A stretch of 64,000 nucleotides of DNA from Escherichia coli (GCF_030013205.1 NZ_CP122648.1); one strand, 5' to 3'. Shown: positions 28,227 to 40,259, counted from the first letter of the stretch. Numbers and translations: made by a program. Notes: a model not told the origin generated them from the sequence alone.

Positions 28227-30389
28227 ATGGCCTTTATGCTAAGTCCTTTGCTCAAACGCTATACCTGGAACAGCGCCTGGCTGTATTACGCGCGTATTTT
28301 TATTGCGCTTTGTGGAACCACAGCGTTTCCGTGGTGGCTGGGTGATGTAAAACTGACGATTCCGCTGACGCTGGGGATGGTGGCAGCGGCGCTGACCGAT
28401 CTCGATGACCGGCTGGCGGGACGTTTGCGTAACCTCATCATTACGCTGTTCTGCTTTTTTATCGCCTCGGCCTCAGTAGAACTGCTGTTTCCCTGGCCCT
28501 GGCTATTTGCGATTGGCTTAACGCTCTCAACCAGCGGCTTCATTTTGCTCGGCGGTCTGGGTCAACGCTATGCAACAATTGCTTTCGGTGCATTGCTGAT
28601 CGCCATTTACACTATGTTGGGAACATCACTGTATGAGCACTGGTATCAGCAGCCGATGTATCTTCTGGCCGGTGCCGTCTGGTACAACGTCCTGACACTT
28701 ATTGGTCATCTGCTGTTCCCGGTCCGCCCGCTGCAGGACAACCTGGCGCGTTGCTATGAACAACTGGCGCGTTACCTTGAGCTCAAGTCGCGCATGTTTG
28801 ATCCTGATATTGAAGATGAAAGCCAGGCACCGCTGTACGATTTGGCTCTCGCCAACGGTCAGCTGATGGCGACATTGAATCAGACGAAACTCTCGCTGCT
28901 GACCCGCTTACGTGGCGATCGTGGTCAACGGGGAACGCGTCGCACGCTGCATTATTACTTCGTCGCGCAGGATATTCACGAGCGTGCCAGCTCTTCTCAT
29001 ATTCAGTATCAAACATTGCGTGAACATTTTCGCCACAGCGACGTGCTGTTCCGTTTTCAGCGGCTGATGTCGATGCAGGGCCAGGCGTGCCAGCAACTGT
29101 CACGCTGTATTTTGTTGCGTCAGCCTTATCAACATGATCCGCATTTCGAGCGCGCTTTTACGCATATTGATGCTGCGCTGGAGCGGATGCGCGATAACGG
29201 CGCACCTGCCGATTTACTCAAAACACTGGGATTTTTGCTGAACAATTTACGCGCCATTGATGCCCAACTGGCAACAATTGAATCAGAACAGGCCCAGGCA
29301 CTGCCCCATAATAATGACGAAAATGAGCTCGCTGATGACAGCCCGCACGGATTGAGTGATATCTGGCTGCGTCTTAGCCGTCACTTCACGCCGGAATCCG
29401 CCCTCTTCCGTCATGCGGTAAGAATGTCGCTGGTGTTGTGCTTCGGCTACGCCATCATTCAGATAACCGGAATGCATCACGGGTATTGGATCTTGCTGAC
29501 AAGTTTGTTTGTCTGCCAGCCAAACTATAACGCCACGCGCCACCGCCTGAAGTTAAGGATTATTGGTACGCTGGTAGGTATCGCCATTGGCATTCCTGTG
29601 CTGTGGTTTGTACCGTCACTGGAAGGGCAACTGGTGCTACTGGTTATTACCGGCGTGCTCTTTTTTGCCTTCCGTAACGTGCAATACGCCCATGCAACGA
29701 TGTTCATCACACTTTTGGTGCTACTTTGTTTTAACTTGCTGGGTGAAGGTTTTGAAGTGGCGTTACCTCGCGTAATCGATACGCTGATTGGTTGTGCCAT
29801 TGCGTGGGCGGCGGTGAGCTACATCTGGCCTGACTGGAAGTTTCGCAATCTGCCGCGCATGCTCGAACGTGCCACCGAGGCCAACTGTCGCTATCTCGAT
29901 GCCATACTGGAGCAATACCATCAGGGGCGTGATAACCGTCTGGCGTATCGTATTGCCCGCCGCGATGCACACAACCGTGATGCTGAACTGGCGTCGGTGG
30001 TATCAAATATGTCCAGCGAGCCGAACGTTACCCCGCAAATTCGCGAGGCCGCGTTTCGGTTGCTGTGCCTTAACCATACGTTTACCAGCTATATCTCAGC
30101 CCTCGGTGCTCACCGGGAGCAGTTAACTAATCCTGAAATTCTGGCGTTTCTTGATGACGCAGTTTGCTATGTTGATGACGCGCTACATCATCAACCTGCT
30201 GATGAAGAACGCGTCAATCAGGCATTAGCTGGCCTGAAACAGCGAATGCAGCAACTTGAACCGCGGGCAGACAGCAAAGAACCTCTGGTCGTACAACAAG
30301 TCGGGTTATTGATTGCATTACTGCCAGAGATTGGTCGTCTGCAACGCCAGATTACTCAAGTTCCGCAGGAAACTCCTGTTTCGGCGTAA
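28227..30389 (+). CDS. yccS: Inner membrane protein YccS (FUSC family)
   Basis: 720-aa ORF; K-12 annotated start may be 3 codons downstream (28236). Confidence 0.9.
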   Translation: MAFMLSPLLKRYTWNSAWLYYARIFIALCGTTAFPWWLGDVKLTIPLTLGMVAAALTDLDDRLAGRLRNLIITLFCFFIASASVELLFPWPWLFAIGLTLSTSGFILLGGLGQRYATIAFGALLIAIYTMLGTSLYEHWYQQPMYLLAGAVWYNVLTLIGHLLFPVRPLQDNLARCYEQLARYLELKSRMFDPDIEDESQAPLYDLALANGQLMATLNQTKLSLLTRLRGDRGQRGTRRTLHYYFVAQDIHERASSSHIQYQTLREHFRHSDVLFRFQRLMSMQGQACQQLSRCILLRQPYQHDPHFERAFTHIDAALERMRDNGAPADLLKTLGFLLNNLRAIDAQLATIESEQAQALPHNNDENELADDSPHGLSDIWLRLSRHFTPESALFRHAVRMSLVLCFGYAIIQITGMHHGYWILLTSLFVCQPNYNATRHRLKLRIIGTLVGIAIGIPVLWFVPSLEGQLVLLVITGVLFFAFRNVQYAHATMFITLLVLLCFNLLGEGFEVALPRVIDTLIGCAIAWAAVSYIWPDWKFRNLPRMLERATEANCRYLDAILEQYHQGRDNRLAYRIARRDAHNRDAELASVVSNMSSEPNVTPQIREAAFRLLCLNHTFTSYISALGAHREQLTNPEILAFLDDAVCYVDDALHHQPADEERVNQALAGLKQRMQQLEPRADSKEPLVVQQVGLLIALLPEIGRLQRQITQVPQETPVSA

Positions 30390-30981
30390 GAGAGTCAGCC
30401 CATTCTGCAAGCTCCTGGCGGCGTGCCACCGGGAGCGCAGCTTCATGAATGCCGATAATGGCCCCTTCAAGCATAAACAGAATCTTTTCTGTCACCAGAC
30501 TGTTTTGCTGCCGCAGTCGCAACCAACACATTTTTGCCCCAAGTATACGTAACGCCCGTACATCCTTAATCCCCACCTCCCCGAGAATCGCTTCCAGATG
30601 AAAAGACATATTGGGCAAATCTTTCAGTCTTTCCCGGGTATTGCGCGTGCTTTTCTCTTTCAGCGCAGCATCGAGAGAATATTTCGACAGACGCACCAGC
30701 TTCAGTTGATTTCGCCATAGACTTTCATCAACCCGATAGTAATTGAGGGTAACGGATCGGCCACACTTTTTATATGTCAGCCAGACAGGCGGATGTTTTA
30801 CACAGTACTGTGCACTTTGCTCACAAGCCCGAAGATACAACTCACCATCAGAAACCATCGCAAACACCGTGTCGTCAACGGTCAGGCTGTAACTACCAAA
30901 CAATGATCGGTATTCAATTGTGCCCAACGTTGCCAGGTATTCTTGTGATTTATAGATCCGCTTATAGGAGAGGCTTTTCAT
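30352..30981 (-). CDS. sxy: Competence regulator Sxy/TfoX
   Basis: 209 aa. Confidence 0.9.
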   Translation of the reverse strand: MKSLSYKRIYKSQEYLATLGTIEYRSLFGSYSLTVDDTVFAMVSDGELYLRACEQSAQYCVKHPPVWLTYKKCGRSVTLNYYRVDESLWRNQLKLVRLSKYSLDAALKEKSTRNTRERLKDLPNMSFHLEAILGEVGIKDVRALRILGAKMCWLRLRQQNSLVTEKILFMLEGAIIGIHEAALPVARRQELAEWADSLTPKQEFPAELE

Positions 30982-31157
30982 AAAATTCCTTTTAAAATCA
31001 TAACATAAAAGAATGATTCACATTAACGGATCCGTTAACTACGAAAATAGGCAACTTATTCTTAAGGGGCAAGATTAATTTATGTTTTCCCGTCACCAAC
31101 GACAAAATTTGCGAGGCTCTTTCCGAAAATAGGGTTGATCTTTGTTGTCACTGGATG

Positions 31158-31177
31158 TACTGTACATTCATACAGTA
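31158..31177. promoter_or_regulatory. LexA box (SOS operator) upstream of sulA
   Basis: TACTGTACATTCATACAGTA, consensus CTGT-N8-ACAG. Confidence 0.9.
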
Positions 31178-31199
31178 ACTCACAGGGGCTGGATTGATT

Positions 31200-31709
31200 A
31201 TGTACACTTCAGGCTATGCACATCGTTCTTCGTCGTTCTCATCCGCAGCAAGTAAAATTGCGCGTGTCTCTACGGAAAACACTACAGCCGGGCTTATCAG
31301 TGAAGTTGTCTATCGCGAAGATCAGCCCATGATGACGCAACTTCTACTGTTGCCATTGTTACAGCAACTCGGTCAGCAATCGCGCTGGCAACTCTGGTTA
31401 ACACCGCAACAAAAACTGAGTCGGGAATGGGTTCAGGCATCTGGGCTACCCTTAACGAAAGTAATGCAGATTAACCAGCTCTCCCCTTGCCACACCGTGG
31501 AGTCAATGGTTCGCGCTTTACGCACGGGCAATTACAGTGTGGTGATCGGTTGGTTGGCAGATGATTTGACTGAAGAAGAGCATGCTGAACTTGTTGATGC
31601 GGCAAATGAAGGTAACGCTATGGGGTTTATTATGCGTCCGGTAAGTGCATCCTCTCACGCCACGAGACAACTTTCCGGGCTAAAAATTCACTCTAATTTG
31701 TATCATTAA
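31200..31709 (+). CDS. sulA: SOS cell division inhibitor SulA
   Basis: 169 aa from ATG at 31200. Confidence 0.95.
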   Translation: MYTSGYAHRSSSFSSAASKIARVSTENTTAGLISEVVYREDQPMMTQLLLLPLLQQLGQQSRWQLWLTPQQKLSREWVQASGLPLTKVMQINQLSPCHTVESMVRALRTGNYSVVIGWLADDLTEEEHAELVDAANEGNAMGFIMRPVSASSHATRQLSGLKIHSNLYH

Positions 31710-32065
31710 GTAAATTTAGGATTAATCCTGGAACTTTTTTTGTCGCCCAACCAATGCTTTCAGTCGTGACTAATTTTCCTTGCGGAGGCTTGTCTGAAGC
31801 GGTTTCCGCGATTTTTTTCTGTAAATTGTCGCTGACAAAAAAGATTAAACGTACCTTATACAAGACTTTTTTTTCATATGCCTGACGGAGTTCACACTTG
31901 TAAGTTTTCAACTACGTTGTAGACTTTACATCGCCAGGGGTGCTCGGCATAAGCCGAAGATATCGGTAGAGTTAATATTGAGCAGATCCCCCGGTGAAGG
32001 ATTTAACCGTGTTATCTCGTTGGAGATATTCATGGCGTATTTTGGATGATAACGAGGCGCAAAAA

Positions 32066-33118
32066 ATGAAAAAGACAGCTATCGCGATTGCAGTGGCACT
32101 GGCTGGTTTCGCTACCGTAGCGCAGGCCGCTCCGAAAGATAACACCTGGTACACTGGTGCTAAACTGGGCTGGTCCCAGTACCATGACACTGGTTTTATT
32201 CCTAACAATGGTCCGACCCACGAAAACCAACTGGGTGCAGGTGCTTTTGGTGGTTACCAGGTTAACCCGTATGTTGGCTTTGAAATGGGTTACGACTGGT
32301 TAGGTCGTATGCCGTACAAAGGCGACAACATCAACGGCGCATACAAAGCTCAGGGCGTTCAGCTGACCGCTAAACTGGGTTACCCAATCACTGACGATCT
32401 GGACATCTACACTCGTCTGGGTGGTATGGTATGGCGTGCAGACACCAAGGCTAACGTACCTGGTGGCGCATCTTTTAAAGACCACGACACCGGCGTTTCT
32501 CCGGTTTTCGCTGGCGGTGTTGAGTACGCGATCACTCCTGAAATCGCTACCCGTCTGGAATACCAGTGGACCAACAACATCGGTGACGCACACACCATCG
32601 GTACTCGTCCGGACAACGGCATGCTGAGCTTGGGTGTTTCCTACCGTTTCGGTCAGGGCGAAGCAGCTCCAGTAGTTGCTCCGGCTCCAGCTCCGGCACC
32701 GGAAGTACAGACCAAGCACTTCACTCTGAAGTCTGACGTTCTGTTCACCTTCAACAAAGCAACCCTGAAACCGGAAGGTCAGGCTGCTCTGGATCAGCTG
32801 TACAGCCAGCTGAGCAACCTGGATCCGAAAGACGGTTCCGTAGTTGTTCTGGGTTACACTGACCGCATCGGTTCTGACGCTTACAACCAGGGTCTGTCCG
32901 AGCGCCGTGCTCAGTCTGTTGTTGATTACCTGATCTCCAAAGGTATCCCGGCAGACAAGATCTCCGCACGTGGTATGGGCGAATCCAACCCGGTTACTGG
33001 CAACACCTGTGACAACGTGAAACAGCGTGCTGCACTGATCGACTGCCTGGCTCCGGATCGTCGCGTAGAGATCGAAGTTAAAGGCATCAAAGACGTTGTA
33101 ACTCAGCCGCAGGCTTAA
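32066..33118 (+). CDS. ompA: Outer membrane protein A (variant allele, 350 aa)
   Basis: [21 protein letters not shown] signal peptide; beta-barrel plus C-terminal OmpA domain; surface-loop substitutions relative to K-12 as recalled. Confidence 0.95.
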   Translation: MKKTAIAIAVALAGFATVAQAAPKDNTWYTGAKLGWSQYHDTGFIPNNGPTHENQLGAGAFGGYQVNPYVGFEMGYDWLGRMPYKGDNINGAYKAQGVQLTAKLGYPITDDLDIYTRLGGMVWRADTKANVPGGASFKDHDTGVSPVFAGGVEYAITPEIATRLEYQWTNNIGDAHTIGTRPDNGMLSLGVSYRFGQGEAAPVVAPAPAPAPEVQTKHFTLKSDVLFTFNKATLKPEGQAALDQLYSQLSNLDPKDGSVVVLGYTDRIGSDAYNQGLSERRAQSVVDYLISKGIPADKISARGMGESNPVTGNTCDNVKQRAALIDCLAPDRRVEIEVKGIKDVVTQPQA

Positions 33119-33131
33119 GTTCTCGTCTGGT

Positions 33132-33161
33132 AAAAAACCCCGCTGCTGCGGGGTTTTTTTT
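33132..33161 (+). terminator. ompA rho-independent terminator
   Basis: ccccgctgctgcgggg hairpin followed by T8. Confidence 0.85.
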
Positions 33162-33193
33162 CGTCTTTAGAAAATTGAACTGACTTTCGTCAG

Positions 33194-33646
33194 TTATTCC
33201 TTACCCAGCAATGCCTGCAGATCCTGCTTCAAAGAAGACATTTTATTCGCGTATTTCTCTTTGTTTTCCGCATCTTCAATCAGCTGAACAATTGTTTCAG
33301 AAAGCGTTTTACCGCGACGCTGCGCAAGACCAGCCAGACGTTGCCAGACAATAAATTCCAGATCGATCGATTTTTTGCGCGTATGCTGGTGTTCCGCATT
33401 AAAATGGCGCTTCCGTCTGGCCCGAATGGTTTGCTTCATGCGATTGACCAGTTCCGGATTCATATGCTTGTCAATCCAGCCATTTACCAGCACGGGTTCA
33501 TTTTCCAGCGAGAGCAACACATCGACGGCTTCCTGGGCGGCACTGGCTTCTATGTAACGGGTGATTAACTCCCCTTCGCGGTGCTTCTTCACCAGATACT
33601 TCCATTTCCAACCGCTTTCAAGATTTTCAAGTTGTTGATATTTCAT
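33194..33646 (-). CDS. matP: Macrodomain Ter protein MatP
   Basis: 150 aa. Confidence 0.95.
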
Positions 33647-33831
33647 AGCGATCTCAATGTTACCGTGTAACTCTTTACAGAATATCAGCTTTTTGGGTCA
33701 GTGAAGAAAAGAATCTCCATCCTGTGAGCTTTAACGCCCATGCCAGGAGTATTGTCGGTGCTTTCTACGTGTGCTGCAGTGCCGGTTACGGTATAATCGC
33801 GGCTTTGACAACAGACTAAAAAACATCAACT

Positions 33832-35592
33832 TTGACCATTACGAAACTTGCATGGCGTGACCTGGTTCCTGATACCGATAGCTATCAGGAAATATTTGCT
33901 CAGCCACATTTGATTGACGAAAACGATCCTTTATTCAGTGATACTCAACCGCGACTGCAATTTGCGCTGGAGCAGTTGCTGCATACGCGAGCATCCTCCT
34001 CTTTTATGCTGGCGAAGGCCCCGGAAGAGTCTGAGTATCTGAATCTTATTGCCGATGCCGCGCGTGCGCTACAAAGCGATGCAGGCCAACTGGTGGGCGG
34101 TCACTATGAGGTTTCCGGGCACACCATCCGCTTACGTAACGCAGTGAGTGCAGATGATAATTTTGCGACTTTAACGCAAGTTGTCGCTGCCGACTGGGTA
34201 GAAGCGGAACAACTCTTTGGCTGCCTGCGCCAGTTTAATGGCGACATTACCCTGCAGCCAGGTCTGGTGCATCAGGCAAATGGCGGTATTCTCATCATCT
34301 CTTTGCGTACACTGCTGGCGCAACCTCTGCTGTGGATGCGGCTGAAAAATATCGTTAACCGCGAGCGTTTTGACTGGGTTGCGTTTGATGAGTCGCGCCC
34401 TCTCCCCGTCACTGTGCCTTCGATGCCATTGAAGCTGAAAGTCATTCTGGTAGGCGAACGCGAATCATTGGCTGATTTCCAGGAGATGGAACCAGAGCTT
34501 TCAGAGCAGGCTATTTATAGCGAATTTGAAGATACTCTGCAGATTGTCGATGCGGAGTCAGTAAGCCAGTGGTGTCGCTGGGTGACATTGACCGCCAGAC
34601 ATAATCACTTACCTGCACCAGGAGCGGATGCCTGGCCGGTACTTATCCGCGAAGCAGCCCGCTACACCGGTGAACAAGAAACACTTCCGCTTAGCCCGCA
34701 GTGGATCCTCCGCCAGTGTAAAGAGGTCGCCTCCCTGTGCGATGGCGACACCTTCTCCGGCGAGCAGCTAAACTTAATGCTGCAGCAGCGTGAATGGCGT
34801 GAAGGTTTCCTCGCTGAACGCATGCAGGATGAGATCCTTCAGGAGCAAATCCTGATTGAAACCGAAGGCGAATGCATCGGGCAAATTAACGCCCTTTCGG
34901 TCATTGAATTTCCGGGTCATCCACGCGCTTTTGGCGAACCTTCTCGCATTAGCTGCGTTGTGCATATTGGCGATGGTGAATTCACCGACATCGAACGCAA
35001 AGCGGAGCTTGGCGGCAATATCCATGCGAAAGGGATGATGATCATGCAGGCGTTCCTGATGTCGGAACTACAGCTTGAGCAACAGATCCCCTTCTCAGCA
35101 TCGCTGACATTTGAGCAGTCATACAGTGAAGTGGATGGCGATAGTGCCTCGATGGCTGAACTCTGCGCCCTGATAAGCGCCCTCGCCGATGTGCCGGTGA
35201 ATCAGAGTATCGCTATCACAGGTTCAGTCGATCAGTTCGGTCGTGCCCAGCCGGTCGGTGGTTTAAATGAGAAAATCGAAGGCTTCTTTGCTATTTGCCA
35301 GCAACGTGAGTTAACCGGGAAACAAGGTGTCATTATCCCCACTGCTAACATTCGCCATTTAAGTCTTCACAGTGAACTGGTGAAAGCGGTAGAAGAAGGC
35401 AAATTCACCATCTGGGCAGTAGACGATGTGACTGACGCACTGCCGTTATTATTAAATCTGGTGTGGGATGGCGAAGGCCAAACGACGCTGATGCAAACCA
35501 TCCAGGAACGTATCGCGCAAGCATCGCAACAGGAAGGACGTCACCGTTTTCCATGGCCATTACGTTGGCTGAACTGGTTTATTCCGAACTGA
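33832..35592 (+). CDS. ycbZ: Lon protease homolog YcbZ (LonH)
   Basis: 586 aa, TTG start. Confidence 0.9.
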
Positions 35593-35660
35593 TCGGACTT
35601 GTTCAGCGTACACGTGTTAGCTATCCTGCGTGCTTCAATAAAATAAGGCTTACAGAGAAC

Positions 35661-36179
35661 ATGGTAGATAAACGCGAATCCTATACAAAAGAAGACCTTC
35701 TTGCCTCTGGTCGCGGTGAACTGTTTGGCGCTAAAGGTCCGCAATTGCCAGCACCGAACATGCTGATGATGGACCGTGTGGTCAAAATGACCGAAACGGG
35801 TGGTAACTTCGACAAAGGGTATGTTGAAGCAGAACTGGATATCAATCCGGATCTGTGGTTCTTCGGATGCCACTTCATTGGCGATCCGGTTATGCCGGGA
35901 TGCCTGGGCCTGGACGCAATGTGGCAGCTGGTAGGGTTCTACCTCGGCTGGCTGGGCGGCGAAGGTAAAGGCCGCGCGCTGGGCGTTGGCGAAGTGAAAT
36001 TCACCGGTCAGGTACTGCCGACAGCGAAAAAAGTGACCTACCGTATTCACTTTAAACGCATTGTTAACCGTCGTCTGATTATGGGCCTGGCGGATGGCGA
36101 AGTGCTGGTTGATGGTCGTTTGATCTATACCGCCAGCGACCTGAAAGTCGGTCTGTTCCAGGATACGTCTGCCTTCTGA
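35661..36179 (+). CDS. fabA: 3-hydroxydecanoyl-ACP dehydratase/isomerase FabA
   Basis: 172 aa [23 protein letters not shown]…. Confidence 0.95.
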
Positions 36180-36207
36180 TTAGAATCAGACAGAGTATCA
36201 AAAGGCG

Positions 36208-36236
36208 AAACCTCCGCAATGCGGAGGTTTCTTTTT
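36208..36236. terminator. Bidirectional terminator between fabA and rmf
   Basis: aaacctccgcaatgcggaggttt hairpin + T-run. Confidence 0.7.
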
Positions 36237-36248
36237 AAAGAGACAGAA

Positions 36249-36416
36249 TCAGGCCATTACTACCCTGTCCGCCATGGCTTCTCGCCAGCCTCCCAGCCAT
36301 TGTGACCTTTGATTCAGCGTCTGATAGGGACACATTTCTTTTGAGCGTCCGGTGATGCCGGCCTGATAACCACGTTGATGTGCCCGTTCCAGGCGATCTC
36401 GTTTTTGTCTCTTCAT
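36249..36416 (-). CDS. rmf: Ribosome modulation factor
   Basis: 55 aa MKRQKRDRLERA…; absent from the ORF track (under 60 aa), found by manual translation. Confidence 0.9.
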   Translation of the reverse strand: MKRQKRDRLERAHQRGYQAGITGRSKEMCPYQTLNQRSQWLGGWREAMADRVVMA

Positions 36417-36671
36417 GCCTCGTTTCCCTCATACTGGTTTCTGGTGGAAAAGAAAACAGTGATTACTAAATGTGCAATCACAGTTAAGCAATACCGCGAA
36501 TCATAACTGCCGTCAATGCGCAAAATTCACGCCACTGTCATATTTGTGAGCTACACGGGCATGTCGGTTGTACAAATAATGTGAAGAGGAACAACTTTTT
36601 CCGCAAGTTAGAAACAAAAAAACCGCCTCAGGCAACATACCGGAGACGGTTATATTTACAAATCTTTATGA

Positions 36672-37235
36672 TTACGGTAGACGCTTTATCTCTTGCGCAA
36701 TAGAAGCGGCTTCCTGACTCCATACACTGGCCAACACTTTAACCATTTCATCGTAACCATCCTGAGTTTGCACCCCTTCCAGACGGAACGGACGTTTGAT
36801 CAGTTGTCCCTGGTGGTTCAACAGCCATTCACCACTGACAATGACCTTGCCATCATAGCGACCGTTAAACTCCGTTACGGTAACATTGAGCGTGTCCTGG
36901 GCGCTTCCCAGAGGCTGGGAGGCAACCACCCAGCCGGGCAGTTGCGTACTCAGGTTGGCAACCAGAGTGTTGCGCAACTGTTGATCCAACGGGCTGGCCC
37001 ACAAGTTGTTGTTGGCAATCACATACTTCACATCACTGGTTTGATAAACCACACCATTTCCGGCCAGATAGTCAGGAACAGCGACCTGCTCTACCCATAA
37101 CAGGCGATTACCCTGGCTGGCGGTACTTTGTGTACCGCTCTGCACCACAGGTAACTGGTAATAGTTTTTATTAATTTCGCCGGAGCTGCATCCGGCCAGC
37201 CACAGTGCTGCAATCGTCACTAGCCACTTTTTCAT
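36672..37235 (-). CDS. pqiC: Lipoprotein PqiC
   Basis: 187 aa, lipobox LAGC. Confidence 0.9.
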   Translation of the reverse strand: MKKWLVTIAALWLAGCSSGEINKNYYQLPVVQSGTQSTASQGNRLLWVEQVAVPDYLAGNGVVYQTSDVKYVIANNNLWASPLDQQLRNTLVANLSTQLPGWVVASQPLGSAQDTLNVTVTEFNGRYDGKVIVSGEWLLNHQGQLIKRPFRLEGVQTQDGYDEMVKVLASVWSQEAASIAQEIKRLP

Positions 37236-38872
37236 TGTTTCGCCCTCTTCGGCTCTGGATCTTTTTTGTCCTTCGCTTCAAATACCAGCGCGTTACTCTT
37301 CTCGTTGAGCGTTTTCAGCACCGGTTGCAGTTCTCGCAACACCTGATCAAGTCGCTGCATATCCGCCACCATCTTGTTGTAGGCTGCGGAGCCAGGCTGG
37401 AAGCCCTGCATGCTGCGATTCAATTCACGCAACGTTGACTGCATATCCGTCGGTAACTGCTGCATCGACTGGCTGGCGAGGATCTTGTTCATGCTATCCA
37501 GCGTCGTTTGCAGGTTTTTCATTGTGCGCTGACTTTCAGAAAGCGTACTGGTTGCCTGTTCAATCATCGGATTCAATGGCAGTTTGTTGATCTTATCCAA
37601 CGCTTCCATCAGTCGTTGCTGGATTTGCGCCAGACCGCCGCTGACGGTCGGGATAATCTGATAACCATTAAATTCACGAATACCGGTTATTGCAGGCGTA
37701 TTTGGATAGAAATCGAGATCAACATACAGTGCGCCAGTGACCAGGTTTCCGGTTTTCAGCGATCCGCGTAAACCACGTTTCAACAATTCGCCAAGGTGCT
37801 CAACAACATCCGCATTTTCGCCAAGCTGCATTTTCAGCCGCTCTGGCTCGATACGAATCAGTACCGGAATACGGTAATCATCGTTAAATGTCTGACGCAT
37901 ATTCGGCGCAAAGAATGGCACTTTGCTTACGGTACCCAGGCGAATACCCCGGAATTCTACCGGAGCTCCCGGTTGCAGACCGCGTACCGAATCTTTAAAG
38001 AACATCAGATAATCAATGTGATCGGTGTACAACGAATCCTGAATGCTCTTCTGATCATCATACAAAACGAAAGCTGTTTTCGGTGCCACTGGCTGCCCTA
38101 AATCCAGACCTTCCGGCACATCAAAGCTGACACCGCCACTAAGCAGCGTTGTCAATGAGCCCATCTCCACACGCATTCCCGCTGACGTCAAATCAACCGC
38201 AATGCCACTATCTTTCCAGAAGCGAACATTGCTGGTCACCAGACGGTCATAAGGTGCATTGATGAACAGTTGATAGCTGATATTGCGTTTTTGCGTATCG
38301 AAGGTGCTGGTTTCAACCGAACCTACCCGATAGCCACGGAACAGCACGGGATCTCCTGGCGAGAGCTGCCCGGCTTTTTTGCTATCGAGAATCACACGAA
38401 TACCTTTCGCATCAGGCGGAGCCAACGGTGGCGAGTCCAGCAAATCGTATTTATCCATTTTGCTGCCTTTCGCGCCTGGCTGCAGTTCGATATAAACCCC
38501 AGACAGCAGCGTTCCCAGGCCGCTAATCCCTTCTCGACCAATCTGCGGTTTCACCACCCAAAAGACGGTATCTTTATGCAGCAATTTTTCCATACCGGAA
38601 TTCAGCCGCGCTTTGATTTCAACGTGCGTCAAATCATCAGCCAGTGTGGCGCTTTCAACCACGCCGACGTCAACGCTACGGCTTTTAATGGTGGTTTTAC
38701 CACCTTCTATTCCTTCCGCATTCGCGGTGATCAGGGTCACTTCCGGCCCCTGATGGCTGTAATGATAAAAAAGAACCCAAGCCCCAATGAGCGCCGTGAC
38801 GATAGGAAATATCCACACGGGAGACCAGTTCTTCACTTTCTGGATTTTGGCTTCCCCATTATTAGATTCCAT
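37232..38872 (-). CDS. pqiB: MCE-domain protein PqiB
   Basis: 546 aa from ATG at 38872. Confidence 0.9.
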   Translation of the reverse strand: MESNNGEAKIQKVKNWSPVWIFPIVTALIGAWVLFYHYSHQGPEVTLITANAEGIEGGKTTIKSRSVDVGVVESATLADDLTHVEIKARLNSGMEKLLHKDTVFWVVKPQIGREGISGLGTLLSGVYIELQPGAKGSKMDKYDLLDSPPLAPPDAKGIRVILDSKKAGQLSPGDPVLFRGYRVGSVETSTFDTQKRNISYQLFINAPYDRLVTSNVRFWKDSGIAVDLTSAGMRVEMGSLTTLLSGGVSFDVPEGLDLGQPVAPKTAFVLYDDQKSIQDSLYTDHIDYLMFFKDSVRGLQPGAPVEFRGIRLGTVSKVPFFAPNMRQTFNDDYRIPVLIRIEPERLKMQLGENADVVEHLGELLKRGLRGSLKTGNLVTGALYVDLDFYPNTPAITGIREFNGYQIIPTVSGGLAQIQQRLMEALDKINKLPLNPMIEQATSTLSESQRTMKNLQTTLDSMNKILASQSMQQLPTDMQSTLRELNRSMQGFQPGSAAYNKMVADMQRLDQVLRELQPVLKTLNEKSNALVFEAKDKKDPEPKRAKQ

Positions 38873-38876
38873 ACTG

Positions 38877-40130
38877 TCAGGACTCCTCATGCTCTGATTC
38901 AGGTTGACGATCCCACGACAAACGCGGGTCAAACGTCATAGCAGAAAACATTGTCATTATGACGACTAAAGCAAACATTAATGCACCCATTGCCGGATAA
39001 ATACTCATTAAACCTCCCATACGCACCAGCGCCGAGAGCACCGCGATAACGAAAACGTCAATCATCGACCAGCGGCCTACAAACTCAACAACTTCATAAA
39101 TCAAATGCATTCTTTCACTGTCGCGCTTGCCATGCCCTTTGGCATCCCAACACAACCACGCTATGGCGATCATCTTTAACGTTGGCACCATAATACTGGC
39201 CAGAAAGATAACCGCAGCGACGGGATAAGATCCTTCGCTCCATAACAGGATGACCCCAGCGAGAATCGTCGATGGCATCTTCGAGCCTAATAAATCCGTC
39301 ACCATGATGGGCAAAATATTAGCCGGAAGATACAGCATGATGGACGTAACAAGCAGCGCGAGTGTCCATTGCAGGCTGTTTCTACGTCGAACGTACCCTT
39401 TGGTACTACAACGCGGGCACACGGGTTCGTCAGCAGGAAGGATTGCCGTACAACAGGAGCACGAACGCAGCCCCTGACGTATCCCCGTGACGCCAGGTTT
39501 TAGCGGCTGGCGCAGTTCTGGCATCGGGGCGATATCGTCCCATAACCAGCGACGATCAACGCACTGAAAGGCGCGCAGTTGCAGGACACAAAATAAACAC
39601 CAGGGGAGAAAGCTGCTGCCGACACCAATGCTGCCGTAAGCCATCAGTTTAACGAAACTGACCAGCACACCCGCGAGGAAAATCTCCGCCATTCCCCAGG
39701 TTTTGAGTTGAAAAAGCACCCGTGCCAGTTGCTCTTTTAAACGGACCGGTAATTCCGCGCGATTCACCAGTAACAGAATGGTTATCAGACAAAACGCGGG
39801 AACCAGTTGCACAAACAACAGGAAAAAGGTGCCGAGGCTGGCGTAGTCCTCAGAAAAAAGCACGCCGGGAATTTCCAGTAATGTAATTTCACTGGTAACT
39901 CCTGCAACGTTCATATTCACAAAAGGAAACAAGTTGGACAGCAACAGCATGAACAGTGCAGCCAACGCATAGGCGGTGGGACGCTGCCGAGGGGCATCCC
40001 ACGCCACGGTTAACGTTGTGCCACACCGGGGACATGCCGCTTTCTGACCATGCTCAAGGCGCGGTAACGCCACCAGCATGTCACACTGCGAGCACAGGAT
40101 GTGCTTCGCGGCATGATGATGTTCGCACAT
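38877..40130 (-). CDS. pqiA: Paraquat-inducible membrane protein PqiA
   Basis: 417 aa. Confidence 0.9.
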   Translation of the reverse strand: MCEHHHAAKHILCSQCDMLVALPRLEHGQKAACPRCGTTLTVAWDAPRQRPTAYALAALFMLLLSNLFPFVNMNVAGVTSEITLLEIPGVLFSEDYASLGTFFLLFVQLVPAFCLITILLLVNRAELPVRLKEQLARVLFQLKTWGMAEIFLAGVLVSFVKLMAYGSIGVGSSFLPWCLFCVLQLRAFQCVDRRWLWDDIAPMPELRQPLKPGVTGIRQGLRSCSCCTAILPADEPVCPRCSTKGYVRRRNSLQWTLALLVTSIMLYLPANILPIMVTDLLGSKMPSTILAGVILLWSEGSYPVAAVIFLASIMVPTLKMIAIAWLCWDAKGHGKRDSERMHLIYEVVEFVGRWSMIDVFVIAVLSALVRMGGLMSIYPAMGALMFALVVIMTMFSAMTFDPRLSWDRQPESEHEES

Positions 40131-40259
40131 TGGTACTCCTTAATGATGCGCTATTTTACAGATGACTAACAAAGTGTTGGTTTTCATGCCTGATAAACCC
40201 AGTTCATCAGGCAATTTTACCGTTGTCAGCTGTCTCTGTTTAAATCGACTATTTTGCGA

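Noticed and set aside
28227-30389. yccS, yccF and other multi-TM backbone genes as possible novel cargo
   Set aside because: The whole 20.5-64 kb segment is colinear with K-12 and every protein has the expected length; nothing here is accessory
36235-36432. 65-aa minus-strand ORF from the ORF track
   Set aside because: Wrong frame; the real gene here is rmf (36249-36416, 55 aa) in another minus-strand frame
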